Part shown: piece after piece, positions 11,760 through 22,803 of the stretch
Layout of the letters: each line of letters starts with the position of its first letter
Numbering within the stretch: position 1 is the first letter of the stretch
Source: Octopus vulgaris
Lineage: Eukaryota
DNA: 62,000 bases
Reading direction: 5' to 3'
Assembly (NCBI GenBank): GCA_951406725.2
Contig: OX597817.1
Span: 87,874,001 to 87,936,000, forward strand
The notes under the pieces: model-generated
The model's database searches: none
Told to the model about the DNA's origin: nothing
Seen by the model: the letters and a program-made list of their open reading frames with translations, nothing else
Translations under genes and position numbers: made by a program

Positions 11760-13087
11760 TTTTGTTTTATCTTAAACTTTCTCTTGGCATCCATTTGACT
11801 TTTGTTTTTTTTTTCTGTTTTTGTTTTTATTTTTGACTTGTTTGTGTGTGTACATATATATATATATATCCTCATCATCACCATCACTCATCTTCCATGC
11901 TGGCATGGGTTGTCCAGTTTGACAGGAGCTAGCTAGGTAGAAAACCACTCCAGGCTTCTGTGTCTGTTTTGGCATGGTTTTTATATGCCAACCACTTCAC
12001 ATTGTGGACCAGATGCTTTTTATGTGACTCCAGCTCCAGCAGGGTCACCAAGTAACTTGCAAGACAAGGAATTTTGAGAAGGAAGAGGACTTTAGAGGAA
12101 GGGATCTTGTGTCAGATGACGAAATGTTAGAGTGTAACATTTGTTCACATTCTCATCTATTGCACACACATGCATACACACATTCTTCATACTGTGAAAT
12201 GCAAAATGGTGCAAGAATGCATTTTGCACCAAAAGCCAATATGGGAGTTTCATTCATGGTATCTTCTGGAGTGTAGTGTTCTAAGAGAACATCCATGTTT
12301 AAGTGGGGATAAATAATGCATGAATGAAACAAAAGTGAGTTATCTATGCTTTAACTATTGATGTTGTGAGAGACAGATAGATCATCTTTGTACAATCTGG
12401 AGATGTGGAGTCTTGCACACATGTTAATATTCTTCAATAACATCTATTATTATTAAATATGTATTTTCCAGTTTCACATAAGTTTCATGCTCTTTTCTTC
12501 TGAAACAACACCAAAGCCAGTTATTGTTTCTTGCACAACATTGCCTCACAGATCACACAACAATAAACATATAACCAGCCAATCATTTTCTGCTCAACAC
12601 ATTCTTGTAAATTTAGGTAGAACTTACCACTGAGTGGATCATGCCTCCCTATGATGGAGATATGAAAAGCTATTATAACACCAGATTGGAGTATACAGAC
12701 AAACTATACTTGACTCAGAGAGAACATATTTAAAAATATATTTCAACCAGCACACAAACTTCTTTAAGTTCAGTGGTGGAATCAGTACCACCTCTCTCTC
12801 ACAGTACGCCTAGAAACTAAAGGACAATGCAGTGAAAAATATCCCCATAGCTTGGAATGTACATGAGACTTCACATCCATATACCAAGGATGATAAATTG
12901 CATCATCTCATTTTTTTCTCATCTTTTTCTAAATTATTCTTTCTTTACTATTTATTTTGTTTTTTAACTATTAATTCGATGGTCATATTTGATGTTAGAA
13001 ATATGTTACATATAAGATTTGTAGCTAGTTGAATTAAGATATATTTTCCTACAGAATGAACTGATCCACCACTTCAAATACTATATG

Positions 13088-13260
13088 TACATTTGGGGTT
13101 TGAAGGAGGACCTGCTGTGTAGACTTTGTGAAGAAAGGGACACTCTGGCACAGCTTGTCAGGGCACAAAATAGCACTTACACAACAGAGATACAAGTGGC
13201 GCCATGACTAGGTGCTTGCAACACTAGCTCACATCCTGCAGCAGGATAGGCTCAAGAAAC
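13088..13260 (+). mobile_element. RLE-LINE (NeSL/HERO-like) CCHC-knuckle fragment
   Basis: YIWGLKEDLLCRLCEERDTLA, frameshift, KIALTQQRYKWRHD*VLATLAHILQ. Confidence 0.6.
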
Positions 13261-13491
13261 ATCATCATACCATCTGATGATATCAGTTCCTTTTGGCCAA
13301 AGCTCCATTCACTTGGGTGAATAGAAAAGAAGTACCTTCTAGGTGTCATCAGAATATCCCATAGAATGGAATGATCCACCACTTTAAATACTATATGCCC
13401 CATATGTAAGCAGTGGGAGAATTATATAATTAACAAATAGTTTGTTGATTTGCAATACTGAACTTAATTCTATTTATTTTATCTGCTGTAT

Positions 13492-13890
13492 GTAATAACA
13501 TTTTGGTCTGTCTGTCATTAAAGAATGTAATAATGTTGGAGTATGTCTGTCATTATGAAGGTAATAACATTGGGTTATGACTGTGTTGTTATAAAAAATA
13601 ATAATATTGTGGTGTGTATTTGCCATTGTAGAAGATAATAACATAAGGCATTGTGGTGTATCTGTATCATTACAGAAGGTAATAACTTAAAGGTGTGTCT
13701 GTCATTACAAAAGGTAATAACATTTTGGTGTGTCTTGGTCATTGTAGAAGGTAATAACATTGGGATGTGACTGTGTCGTTATAGAAGGTAAGGACATTGG
13801 AGTATGTCTATGTCATTATTGAAAGTGATAACATCAGCATTTATCTGTGTCATTATAGAGAGGACATTATGATGTATCAAGTGTCATCAA
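13492..13890 (+). repeat. Degenerate ~35-bp minisatellite, about 11 units
   Basis: Consensus approx. GGTAATAACATTKKGGTGTGTCTGTCATTAYAGAA; ends ~20 nt before the exon acceptor at 13908-13909. Confidence 0.85.
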
Positions 13891-13909
13891 ATTTCAACTT
13901 CCTTTTCAG

Positions 13910-14108
13910 GACTGCTGTTGCTCATCAACTTGCTCAGTTTACTGAGATTTGCTTGATGAATTCAGGAAATGAAAAATTTAATTGGCCATCTCAGAAGACA
14001 GTTGCAGAAACTTTATATGTGTGTCGCCTACTGTACAATACTTGTGAAGGTTTACATATCCTACAGAATTATCAGCTCCACAACTGCATAAAATATGCCT
14101 GGATTGAG
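13910..14108 (+). CDS. TBC1D32: TBC1D32/BROMI internal exon A (199 nt, phase 2 to 0)
   Basis: ttccttttcag|G..GAG|gtaaga; TAVAHQLAQF..YVCRLLYNTCEGLHILQNYQLHNCIKYAWIE aligns with recalled human [38 protein letters not shown]. Confidence 0.9.
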
Positions 14109-14741
14109 GTAAGATACACACACACAAAATTTAAATGTGTGAAATATTTTTGCCTTATCCAATCACCTTGGTAAAGAGTAGATATCACTGTTATTGGTAA
14201 TGTAACAAAATCATTTAGTAGAGATATATGTTGTACTCAAGTAGACATGAAATATTAGCATGTTTAAAAAAAATAAATCACTGAGGAAAATTACTCAGCG
14301 ACATCATCTGTATGGAAAACAAACAGAGGACCAAGATATGTTGCACATTGCTGTACTTAAGAAGACCCTGTCCACCACAACAGACCTCCTAAAACTATCC
14401 AACCCATACCAGTATGGAAAGCAGATGTAAAAACGATGGTGAAGATAGTGTGTGCGCATGTGTGTGTGTTTGTCTGTGTTTATGTTTGAGTTTATGACAT
14501 ATCTCTTTATATACAGTAATCTTGTAGTTCATCAAACAGAATTTGATAAACTTAGTACCTGACTGAAGTACTAGGGTCAATACAACATTCAAAGCTGCCC
14601 CAGGCACTGCCACTTTCTAAAGACTGAAACCAATGAGAAAGAAAACCCATCTGTATACTTAAATACACAGATGTGTTTAGATTGTTGAAGGTTTGTGCCT
14701 ACACTCTTATATACAAGCATATAGGAGCGTTAGAATATATT

Positions 14742-14959
14742 TTAATCCTTTTGTATTTAAACCAGCCATATCTGGCTGAAATACTCTACTTGCTTTATGT
14801 TCAAATTGACCAGATCCAACATCTCACACCTATTCGACATCATTGTAAAAATAAACAACCACATCATTGAAGCTGCAAGATAGTGCATTGTTTAATTTAA
14901 AACATTGAGAATAAATAAGCATTACATTTGACAGAATTATCTAGATGCTAAAAGGTTAA
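14742..14959. mobile_element. piggyBac-like MITE (TTAA-bounded); opposite-orientation copy at 25528-25742, partial copies ~5612-5815 and ~49050-49705
   Basis: Termini TTAA-CCCTTTAGCAT..ATGCTAAAnGG-TTAA, best preserved at 25528-25742. Confidence 0.6.
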
Positions 14960-15699
14960 ACTTTTGAGAAAATTTACTTTTCATGTGTCTGGAAACAAGA
15001 TCATATTAATAACAGAAAAATTAATAAAAATTTTTAATTATCAATTCTGTCTATTCTGTCAGCTTCTAGTTATTATTGCTTATATGCAGTATTACCATTT
15101 AATATGTTATGAAACTTTGCACAATGTTCAACTTGTGTTTTCTTGTGTTCTTTTGGATTGCATTCACTTAAATTATGATTATGGCGTTTTGTTTACTTTA
15201 TCAATTGCAATTATTTTTAGAGGTGTGAAATTTATTAACTGCTAACTTATGATTTATTGGGTTTCAGCTTGATTTATGCTCAGTGATTCTACTTCACTTT
15301 TTTGTGGAGTAATCACTATACAATTGTATCTAAAATGTTCTTTTAACGGCATGCTTTAAACCTTTCTCCAATAGTGTATATATACATATATATATAATTA
15401 TTTGCAAGATTCAATAGAAACGAGGTATTTTAACAATAAGGACTCCAAGATAGATTCATGGACAGCATACCTGTGTATCGACTGTGTGTACAGACACTCA
15501 CATATTTACTAGAGTATATACATATCTGTCCTTCCTGTTATGCATACATTCACAAGTGTAGACTAAATACATACAACATATACATAAAAATCGCATAAGA
15601 GTATACTCCAGCATGCAATCCATGGTCCACTGTAGGCTCAACATCCAATGTAGGGAAGGTTCTGAGTGTGATGTAGTATAAATAATAAACAAATGGGCT

Positions 15700-15790
15700 G
15701 ATGATCACTACAGCTGTTTTGGATATGTTTTTTATTGGTGAACTAATCGATTACATCATGTTAAAAAAATGTTTTCTTCAGGTGAATTAA
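15700..15790 (-). ncRNA. Degenerate hammerhead-like remnant, probably the pLTR of the adjacent PLE fragment
   Basis: Minus strand: TTCAC CTGAAGA ..(long loop).. CATATCC AAAAC AGCT GT A GTGAT. Confidence 0.35.
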
Positions 15791-16229
15791 AATTTAACAT
15801 TTAGAATTTTTCATACAAAGTGTGTAGAATGCATATTGACTCTCTCATCTTGGTACCGGTTGAGAAAGTAAATTGGGGAATGCTATTTTGAAGTTAAATA
15901 GATGTAGCAATAAATATGTCCTCGCCTCTAGAGAATGGAGGTTAAACAAAAAGAACTCACATCCCAATCATGAGAAGCTAGAGTTTAAGCAGTGGTGCTA
16001 ATTACTAGATAAAATAGATAGGGTGGCTCAATAAGTTAGCTTACATGCTGTGAAAACATGTGAGGAAATAAAAGATGAGAGATAATAAAAATAAAAATAA
16101 AATTAAATTAAAAAAGTACAAATAAAATTATCAGAATAACCATTATAAGAAAACAATAAAAAACAAAATGTAAAACATATGCTTGTATCTATGTCAAAGT
16201 CTGTGAGACTACATGCTGAATCTGGACAG

Positions 16230-16582
16230 AGTGGTGTCTTCCAGTTCAACAAGAGAAATTTGTCCATATGCCTACATTTAATAAAAATTTCAGATCTGGA
16301 ATTTAGTAGATCTTAGATCTAATGGCAGTATGAGATCTTTCAGCCTCACAAAACCTGCATCTCTTTGATCTACTAACATATGGTGTAGATTGTTCCACGA
16401 TGCTCCACCTGATGGTGGCCTTCAGATCCCATTTATAGCTATTTCTAATTTTATCGCTTTCTTCTTATCTATGTGTTGGAAAGAAGACTGGTGGTTTTCA
16501 CATCTTTCTTTTATAAGTCACCTTGGTATATACCAATGTAATTTTTCTTGTATATCAATAATTTTAGCAAGTTCTGCTTGAT
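16230..16582 (-). mobile_element. PLE GIY-YIG endonuclease C-terminal remnant (Naiad-like motif pattern)
   Basis: Minus strand with frameshifts: QAELAKIIDIQEK/YIG..RCENHQSS..KWDLKATIRWSIVEQSTPYVSRSKRCRFCEAER. Confidence 0.55.
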
Positions 16583-16589
16583 TCCATAG

Positions 16590-16678
16590 GCCTCTCTTGA
16601 AGCTGAGAATTCTAAGACACCAATACCAGAAGAAGATGACAAAGAAAAAGATACTTTAAAAAGCAACTCAAAAAGCTG
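16590..16678 (+). CDS. TBC1D32: TBC1D32 internal exon B (89 nt, phase 0 to 2)
   Basis: attccatag|GCC..AGC TG|gtaagt; ASLEAENSKTPIPEEDDKEKDTLKSNSKS, comparable to human TSLLSERIPTPVE..; phases join exons A and C in frame. Confidence 0.85.
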
Positions 16679-16899
16679 GTAAGTCAACTTTTTAACTTTG
16701 TGTGTTTACATGGTCAGATTGGCTAATATACTTTCAGAACAATTACCTTCCCTGCTAATTACATCTCCTAGGTAACAAAAGCTATCAACAACTTTTGTTG
16801 TGAGCTATCCAGACATTTAAGAGAATCTATTTCTAGTATTCTTGTAGCATGTACAGCTTAGATGCATCTATCATATATGAAACTTACTTCCTCTCTTAG

Positions 16900-18300
16900 T
16901 CTATCTGTTATTCTACTATATCTTTTGTGTACGTATAGCTTACACTGGATACAACATATGGTATCTATACTTACTTTTCTGTTTATCAAGCAAAATACAA
17001 TTCCTGGAGACACCAGGGTCCTGTGTTCTTTCCCACTTACTAAGACCTTACAAAAAACTTTACCAAGTTTACTTTGAGGCTTCTGGATTCTAGGTTTAGC
17101 TTTCTTGCTAGGTATTTCCTCTTAAATTCACTTATAGATTCAGCTATGAGAATTAGATTATCAATATATAGGAATCCCCATGGACAACCAGTCTTAAAAT
17201 CCTCTTTGATTACCTATAGGACTTTGATGAATAAGAGTAGATTAAAGACTGAACCTTGCTGGACTCCTGCCTTCACACTAAATTCATCACTAAAATCATT
17301 GTTGACTTTCACTTTACTTATTGTCTTTGTTCATAGTTTGTACAGTTCCCACAGGCCATTTGTCTACACCAAGTTTTCTTAGACTGTGGAAACTGTACAA
17401 ACTATGAACAAAGTAAGTAAAGTGTCAACAATGATTTGATAGAATGCTACCCTATCAAATGCCTTTTCCAGTCAATGAATTTCAGAAATAATGGTTTAGT
17501 CTTACCAAATATTTCTCTTGCCATTGCCTCACAGTGAAGATTGCATCAGTGGTACTTCTTCTAGGCACAAAGCCAAGCTGCATCTCTTCTAGGTTTACTC
17601 AATTGATCTATCACAGATCAACTGTGCTATGGTTCTTTCCATGACTTTATAATATGATCCAGTTGTTTGATTCCACTATAATTTCTTCTCTGTAAGGCAC
17701 CTCCTTTCCCTTTGTAGCAGTTTACAATAATAGTGCTACATCAGTCTTTAGGCATGACACCTGCCTGTATAACTTGATTAACTACCCAGGTAGTAATCAT
17801 GAATCCTACCTCACAAGATTTTTTTAAACACCTCTGCAACTACAGACCAACAGATTTTCTCTCTCTTTTCTTGTCCTTAATTGCTTTATTTACCACACTG
17901 CTGTAAACTTTAATTGCTAGTCCCTCTTGTTTAAGCATGAGATAGTCTCCCTATATTCCATGCATTTTCCACATTCAACAATCTTTCACAATAGTGTCTT
18001 TCTTATGGAAGACACTTGCTTGTCTTCCATAATTATGGTGCGTATGTTTTCATTGTCCCAAATACACTTCTCACCAATGACATCTCAGTTCTCACTCACA
18101 CACTGTTTTGCAATCCTAATCATTTTACACCTCTGATCCTCATGTTATGTTTAAATCTCTATCTGCCGTACTCTTTGCCAAATATAGCTGCCACCTAGCT
18201 GCTCTTCTAGCTATTAGGTAATACTCCCTCCTACCACCTTCCTTCCTTCCAGGTTTTTAAGCCTGTTTCTCAGCCTATCAACCATATCATTCCACCTCCA
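16900..18300 (-). mobile_element. Decayed RTE-clade LINE RT region
   Basis: Minus strand: AFDRV..LRKLGVDKW..FSVKAGVQQGSVFNLLLFI..FKTGCPWGFLYIDNLILIAES. Confidence 0.75.
17293..17437. repeat. Fold-back inverted duplication (~53 bp paired, 29-nt loop)
   Basis: Arms 17293-17354 and 17384-17437; contains a 23-bp perfect stem CTTTGTTCATAGTTTGTACAGTT / AACTGTACAAACTATGAACAAAG. Confidence 0.9.
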
Positions 18301-18430
18301 TATTAATTTCAAATTTTGGCACAAGGTCAACAAGTTCAGGAGTGGGTCTTAGTTGATTAAACCAGCCTCAGTGTTCAACTGATACTTATGTTATCAACCC
18401 TGCAAGGATGGAAAACAAAGTCATATTACC
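18300..18430 (-). mobile_element. Nin/Deu-domain SINE; other copies ~38410-38600(+), ~44630-44735(-), ~49745-49960(+), ~51225-51625(+, two)
   Basis: gaggtcgactttgcttttcatccttctagggtcgataaattatgtacc resembles the Nin core. Confidence 0.6.
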
Positions 18431-18750
18431 TTTGGTTTGGTTGGAACTTTTCAGCAGCCTCATGTCTGACCTGTAGCCCAATGCAGGTTATTTCATATAA
18501 ATTCCCAGTTGTCACCTATGCTACAGGTATTTTTTTCTCCTTTATCTTTTTTATTTGTCTCAATCATTTGACTACAGCTATGCTGGAGCACCACCTTGAA
18601 GGGTTTTAGTCAAACAAATTCACCCCAGGATGTATTTCTTAATCCTAGTACTTATTCTATTAGTATTTACAGGGACATAAACACACTAACACCAGTTGTC
18701 AAAGTAATGAGAGGACAAACACAGACAAGCACACAGATACATATATATAT

Positions 18751-20159
18751 ATTATCGGTGCCACCTCACTCTCCCGCGAACATCTAGATTCCTTCCTCTC
18801 TTTCGTCCAATCTTTCCATCCAGCCCTCCACTTCACTTCCACTATCTCCAACACCTCTGTCTCCTTCCTCGACATTTCGGTTAGCATTCTTCACTCCACT
18901 CTTACCACCTCCATTCACTACAAACACACAGACTCACACTCATACCTCAACTTCTCTTCCTCCCACCCAGAACACACCAAGCTTTCCATCCCCTATTCCC
19001 AATTCCTCCGTCTACGTAGGCTCTGTAGTGACGACCATGACTTTGAGACTCAGTCTCAACGTATGGCTCACCACTTCACCCTACGTGGATACCCCCTCAC
19101 CACTATCCACACCGCCCTTGCCAGAGCACGGTCCGTGGACCGTGTATCTGCTCTCTCTCCCCGAACCCGCCCTGTAGTCTCCCGCCTCCCTTTTCCCCTC
19201 ACTTACCACCCCACGACCCTACGTCTCCAACGCACCATTCTTCGAGCTTTCCGTCATCTCCAGTCCGACCCGTCCACTTCACACCTCTTCCCTAACCGAC
19301 CCCTCCCCTCTTTCAAACGAGCCCACAACCTTCGAGACCTTTTGGTCCATAGCTCCTTCCCTGACCCTACCTCCCAACCCGGCTCGTTCCCCTGCTCCCG
19401 CCCACGTTGCCGCACTTGCCCTTACCTCTCCAACACCACCCGCCTCACTAGCACCCACCATCGACCCTATCCCATCATCCACTCCTTCACCTGCACCTCC
19501 AGCAATATTATCTATTGCATCTCTTGCTCTCTCTGCAATTCCTTGTACATCGGACAAACGGGACGCCGCTTGGCTGACCGGTTCGCGGAACACCTTCGTG
19601 ACATCCACCTTGCGAACGACACACCGGTCTCACGCCATTTCCGCTCCACCGGTCACTCCTTGCAACACCTATCTGTGTTCGGTTTGTCCTTACACAGAGG
19701 CCATCCGGATTCCCGTTTGCGCCGTGAACAGGAATTAATCTTCTCTCTTCGCTCTTATACGCCATTTGGTCTCAACTCTCCCCCCTCCTCATCTAACCCC
19801 CTCTCCCCCTCCTCACCTATCCTTTCTCCCCCGACCCCTACTTCTTCAGTCCTTCATCCTTTCACCCCCTACTCCCCTTCCCTTCTTCCCTCTTTCTCCC
19901 TCCCTCTTCCCCTTCCCTCTGCTCCCTCACTCCCTCTCTCCCCTTCTCTCTCCCCCTCTCCCTCTTTCCTCCTTCATCCCCCTCATCCCCTTCCTTCTCC
20001 CTCTGTGTATCTTTCTCTCTCTGTGTATCTTTCTGTTGAAGAGCGTAGGCTCGAAACGTTAAAGACTTGTTTTATTTATATTTCCTGAGCGCCATACTAA
20101 TACAATTGTTCGTTTGTTTTCCACCTGCCTTCGTCTTTTGTTTATTTTCATAAAGCTTC

Positions 20160-20161
<2 letters not shown>
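18751..20161 (+). mobile_element. Young 5'-truncated Penelope-like element (Neptune-type): RT thumb, Cys linker, GIY-YIG, pseudo-LTR
   Basis: Uninterrupted frame 18751-20088: IIGATSLSREHLDSFL..FLDISV..HYKHTDSHSYLNFSSSHP..IPYSQFLRLRRLCS; CSRPRCRTC; IIYCISCSLCNSLYIGQTGRRLADRFAEH; RLRREQELIFSLRSYTPFGLN. CpGs retained; (TA)n on both sides. Confidence 0.92.
20028..20065 (+). ncRNA. Minimal type-I hammerhead-like motif with A6U and an extra A before stem II
   Basis: TCTTT | CTGTTGA | A | GAG cgtagg CTC | GAA | ACGT | T | AAAGA. Confidence 0.65.
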
Positions 20162-20200
<39 letters not shown>

Positions 20201-20202
<2 letters not shown>

Positions 20203-20600
20203 CCAGTGGTGCCTCGACTGGCTTCCATAAAATGCACCATCCGAATTGTGGCCGATGCCAGCGCCGCCTCGACTGGCTTCCATGTCGGTGACACGTAAAA
20301 AGCACCATCCGAATCGTAGCCAAAGCCAGTGCCGCCTTGACTGGCTTCCATAAAATGCACCAATCCGACCGTGGCCGATGCCAGCCTCGCCTGGCACCAG
20401 TGCAGGTGGCACGTAAAAAGCACCCACTACACTCACGGAGTGGTTGGCATTAGGAAGGGCATCCAGCTGTAGAAACTTTGCCAGATAAGACCGGAGCCTG
20501 GTGCAGCCTTCTGGCTTCCCAGATCCCCGGTCGAACCGTCCAACCCATGCTAGCATGGAGAACGGATGTTAAACGATGATGATGATGATGATGATGATGA
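20201..20600 (+). mobile_element. Young S2 SINE with internal tandem subrepeats and (GAT)n tail
   Basis: Repeated ..cgactggcttcc..aaatgcaccatccga..gtggccgatgccag.. units; CpG-rich. Confidence 0.8.
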
Positions 20601-21965
20601 TATATATATACACACACACACACACACAACAGGCTTCCAGTTTCTATCTACCAAATCCTCTCACAAGGCTTTGGTTGGCCTAAGGCTATAAGTAGAATAT
20701 ACTTGCCCAAGATGCCACACAATGGGACTGAGCCCAGAAACATGTGGTTAAGAATCATGCTTCTTACTACACAACCACACCAGCGCCTATGTTCTAAATC
20801 ATTCTTTCTACGGTCATGTGTCAATTAGAATTTCTCTGCACCAATTTTCAATTGTGAAATCTTTTAGTTTCCATATCTTCATTCTCAATCTCATCTTTCA
20901 TTTTGGTGCCTAACTTTGATTTTGAAGTTACACACCACCGATTAATGTTGTGTAGTACATCCTTCATCACATATTTTAAAAGATTATATGTGGAAAAATG
21001 TTTCTAAAATATAATAACAATTGCTGGCAAAGATCATTTGGAAGGTGGAGGGGGTCAGTTGCTTCATAGTTGGAAGAAGAAAACAAAATCCTAGTAGTAA
21101 TTGATAGAAACAATCAAACAAAAGGGGAAATAATTTTAAAACCTTAAGAATTTTACAGATAATTGAAATTTCATGCTTAGCAAAAAATTCTGATCTTTGT
21201 TAAGGGGGACAACTCTGAACATATTTCATTATTTGATACTTGTCAGCATCTATGATGCAAACATCAGCAACAAATATTAGTTATAATTAGCAGTACCTAT
21301 GGAAGTTCCACAATTATTTTGAAAATTGTATTATGAAATTGTATATTTTTTCTGAAACATTTGATTCTTGAGATATAAAAATTCACATTGGCTGCATTGA
21401 AGAGGCAATCAATCAATCAAACTGGCTAGCTACCTACCTATCAACCTCTACCTACCTACCTATCAACCTCTACCTACCTATCAACCTCTACGTACCTGTC
21501 TACTGTCCTATCTATCTACCTTCATACCTACCTATCCATCTATCTATCTATCTATCATTTTCTACTTACATTTGATGTATATATCTACTCTAACAATACA
21601 GACAAACATTTAAACCAAATAACTCAAAATTATAAGAAAACTAAATAATTGTGATGACCTTGCATGGCATCAACTGCTACACATAAACAGGTAAAAGTTA
21701 GATCCACAGCTATTTGCTAAGGTTATTTCACTTTGATTTAACTATGTATCAGTATATCTAGCTATCTGTCTTTCTATCTTCTATCTCTCAATGAATCTAT
21801 CTAGCCACATAGATACATCAGTGAATTGATGATATACAAATGGTTATACATTAAAACCTGTAACAACAACTAAACTTTTATTGTCTGTCACAATATTTTG
21901 TTATACTAGGTTTAAAATTATGTAACTGCTTTCCACTCCTGCATTCCTTTCAAGCAACACTCACT

Positions 21966-21968
<3 letters not shown>

Positions 21969-22048
<80 letters not shown>
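21969..22048. repeat. (CT)40 microsatellite
   Basis: Direct inspection. Confidence 0.95.
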
Positions 22049-22052
<4 letters not shown>

Positions 22053-22376
22053 CAACTATCCCACATGCCTTTGCACTTAACATATTTATATCTCTTTTTC
22101 TACCTCTTTCTTCAACTAACTAACCACACAACACAATAGCGATACCCTTCTTGTACTTCTCAGTGCTAACACACACATACATACACACACTCTCTCTCTC
22201 TCTTCATTTCTTCCTTTAACTAGCCACTTCCCTGTGTCTTAGTGTAATGACTATTATTTTCTCCCTTCTTCACATCATTTAAACTTCTCTCTCCCACTTT
22301 TTCTTTCTTTCTTTCTCTCAAACTCTTCGAGCTAACTAACTGACAGCATAATCCATTTGGCCTGAGTGTATTAATA

Positions 22377-22803
22377 TGTAGCGTAGCTCAGTGGTATCCT
22401 CACTGTTTGAGAGATATATTAGAAATGATGTCGTCTTTGATAGCAACCATCTTTCGGCTGCTTAGGCTCAGTGTGTCTGCTACTCTGATTGGTTGATTTT
22501 GGTGCAGTCTTATTTCGCACCAGTGTGTAAGCCAACCAATCTCGGCCTTAGGATAAGGTCCCATGACACAGTCTTTTGGATTTTCTTCTGGAGCCTCTAG
22601 CATGTTATAAAAAGCCCCAGCATTCACAATATCAGTCTTTGGTTCTAGTCCTTCTTAGGACTAACCTCTGACCACAGAGCGATTCAGCCATATTCCAGCG
22701 ACTCAGCTAGTTCCAGTTCCAGCAACAGCAACAGACACCAACATACAGCAACTCAGGACTTCTCTATACCGTCGCCTTCAATAAAAAGCTTATTGTCAAG
22801 TCA
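22377..22803 (+). promoter_or_regulatory. CCAAT-TATA-Inr-AATAAA cassette (candidate solo LTR or internal Pol II promoter)
   Basis: ATTGG 22488-92, CCAAT 22536-40, TATAAAAA 22606-13, TCAGTC 22632-37, AATAAA 22780-85; starts TGTAGCG; no TSD found. Confidence 0.45.

Larger units (their letters stand above)
18535..20790 (-). mobile_element. S1 SINE split by nested insertions (tail 18535-18750, head 20605-20790)
   Basis: Both halves are reverse-oriented and continue across the internal (TA)/(CA) tract where the PLE and S2 SINE sit. Confidence 0.7.

Noticed and set aside
12470-12615. AG..GT-bounded open stretch (FHISFMLFSSETT..)
   Set aside because: No similarity to the expected upstream TBC1D32 segment; ends in phase 1, not 2.
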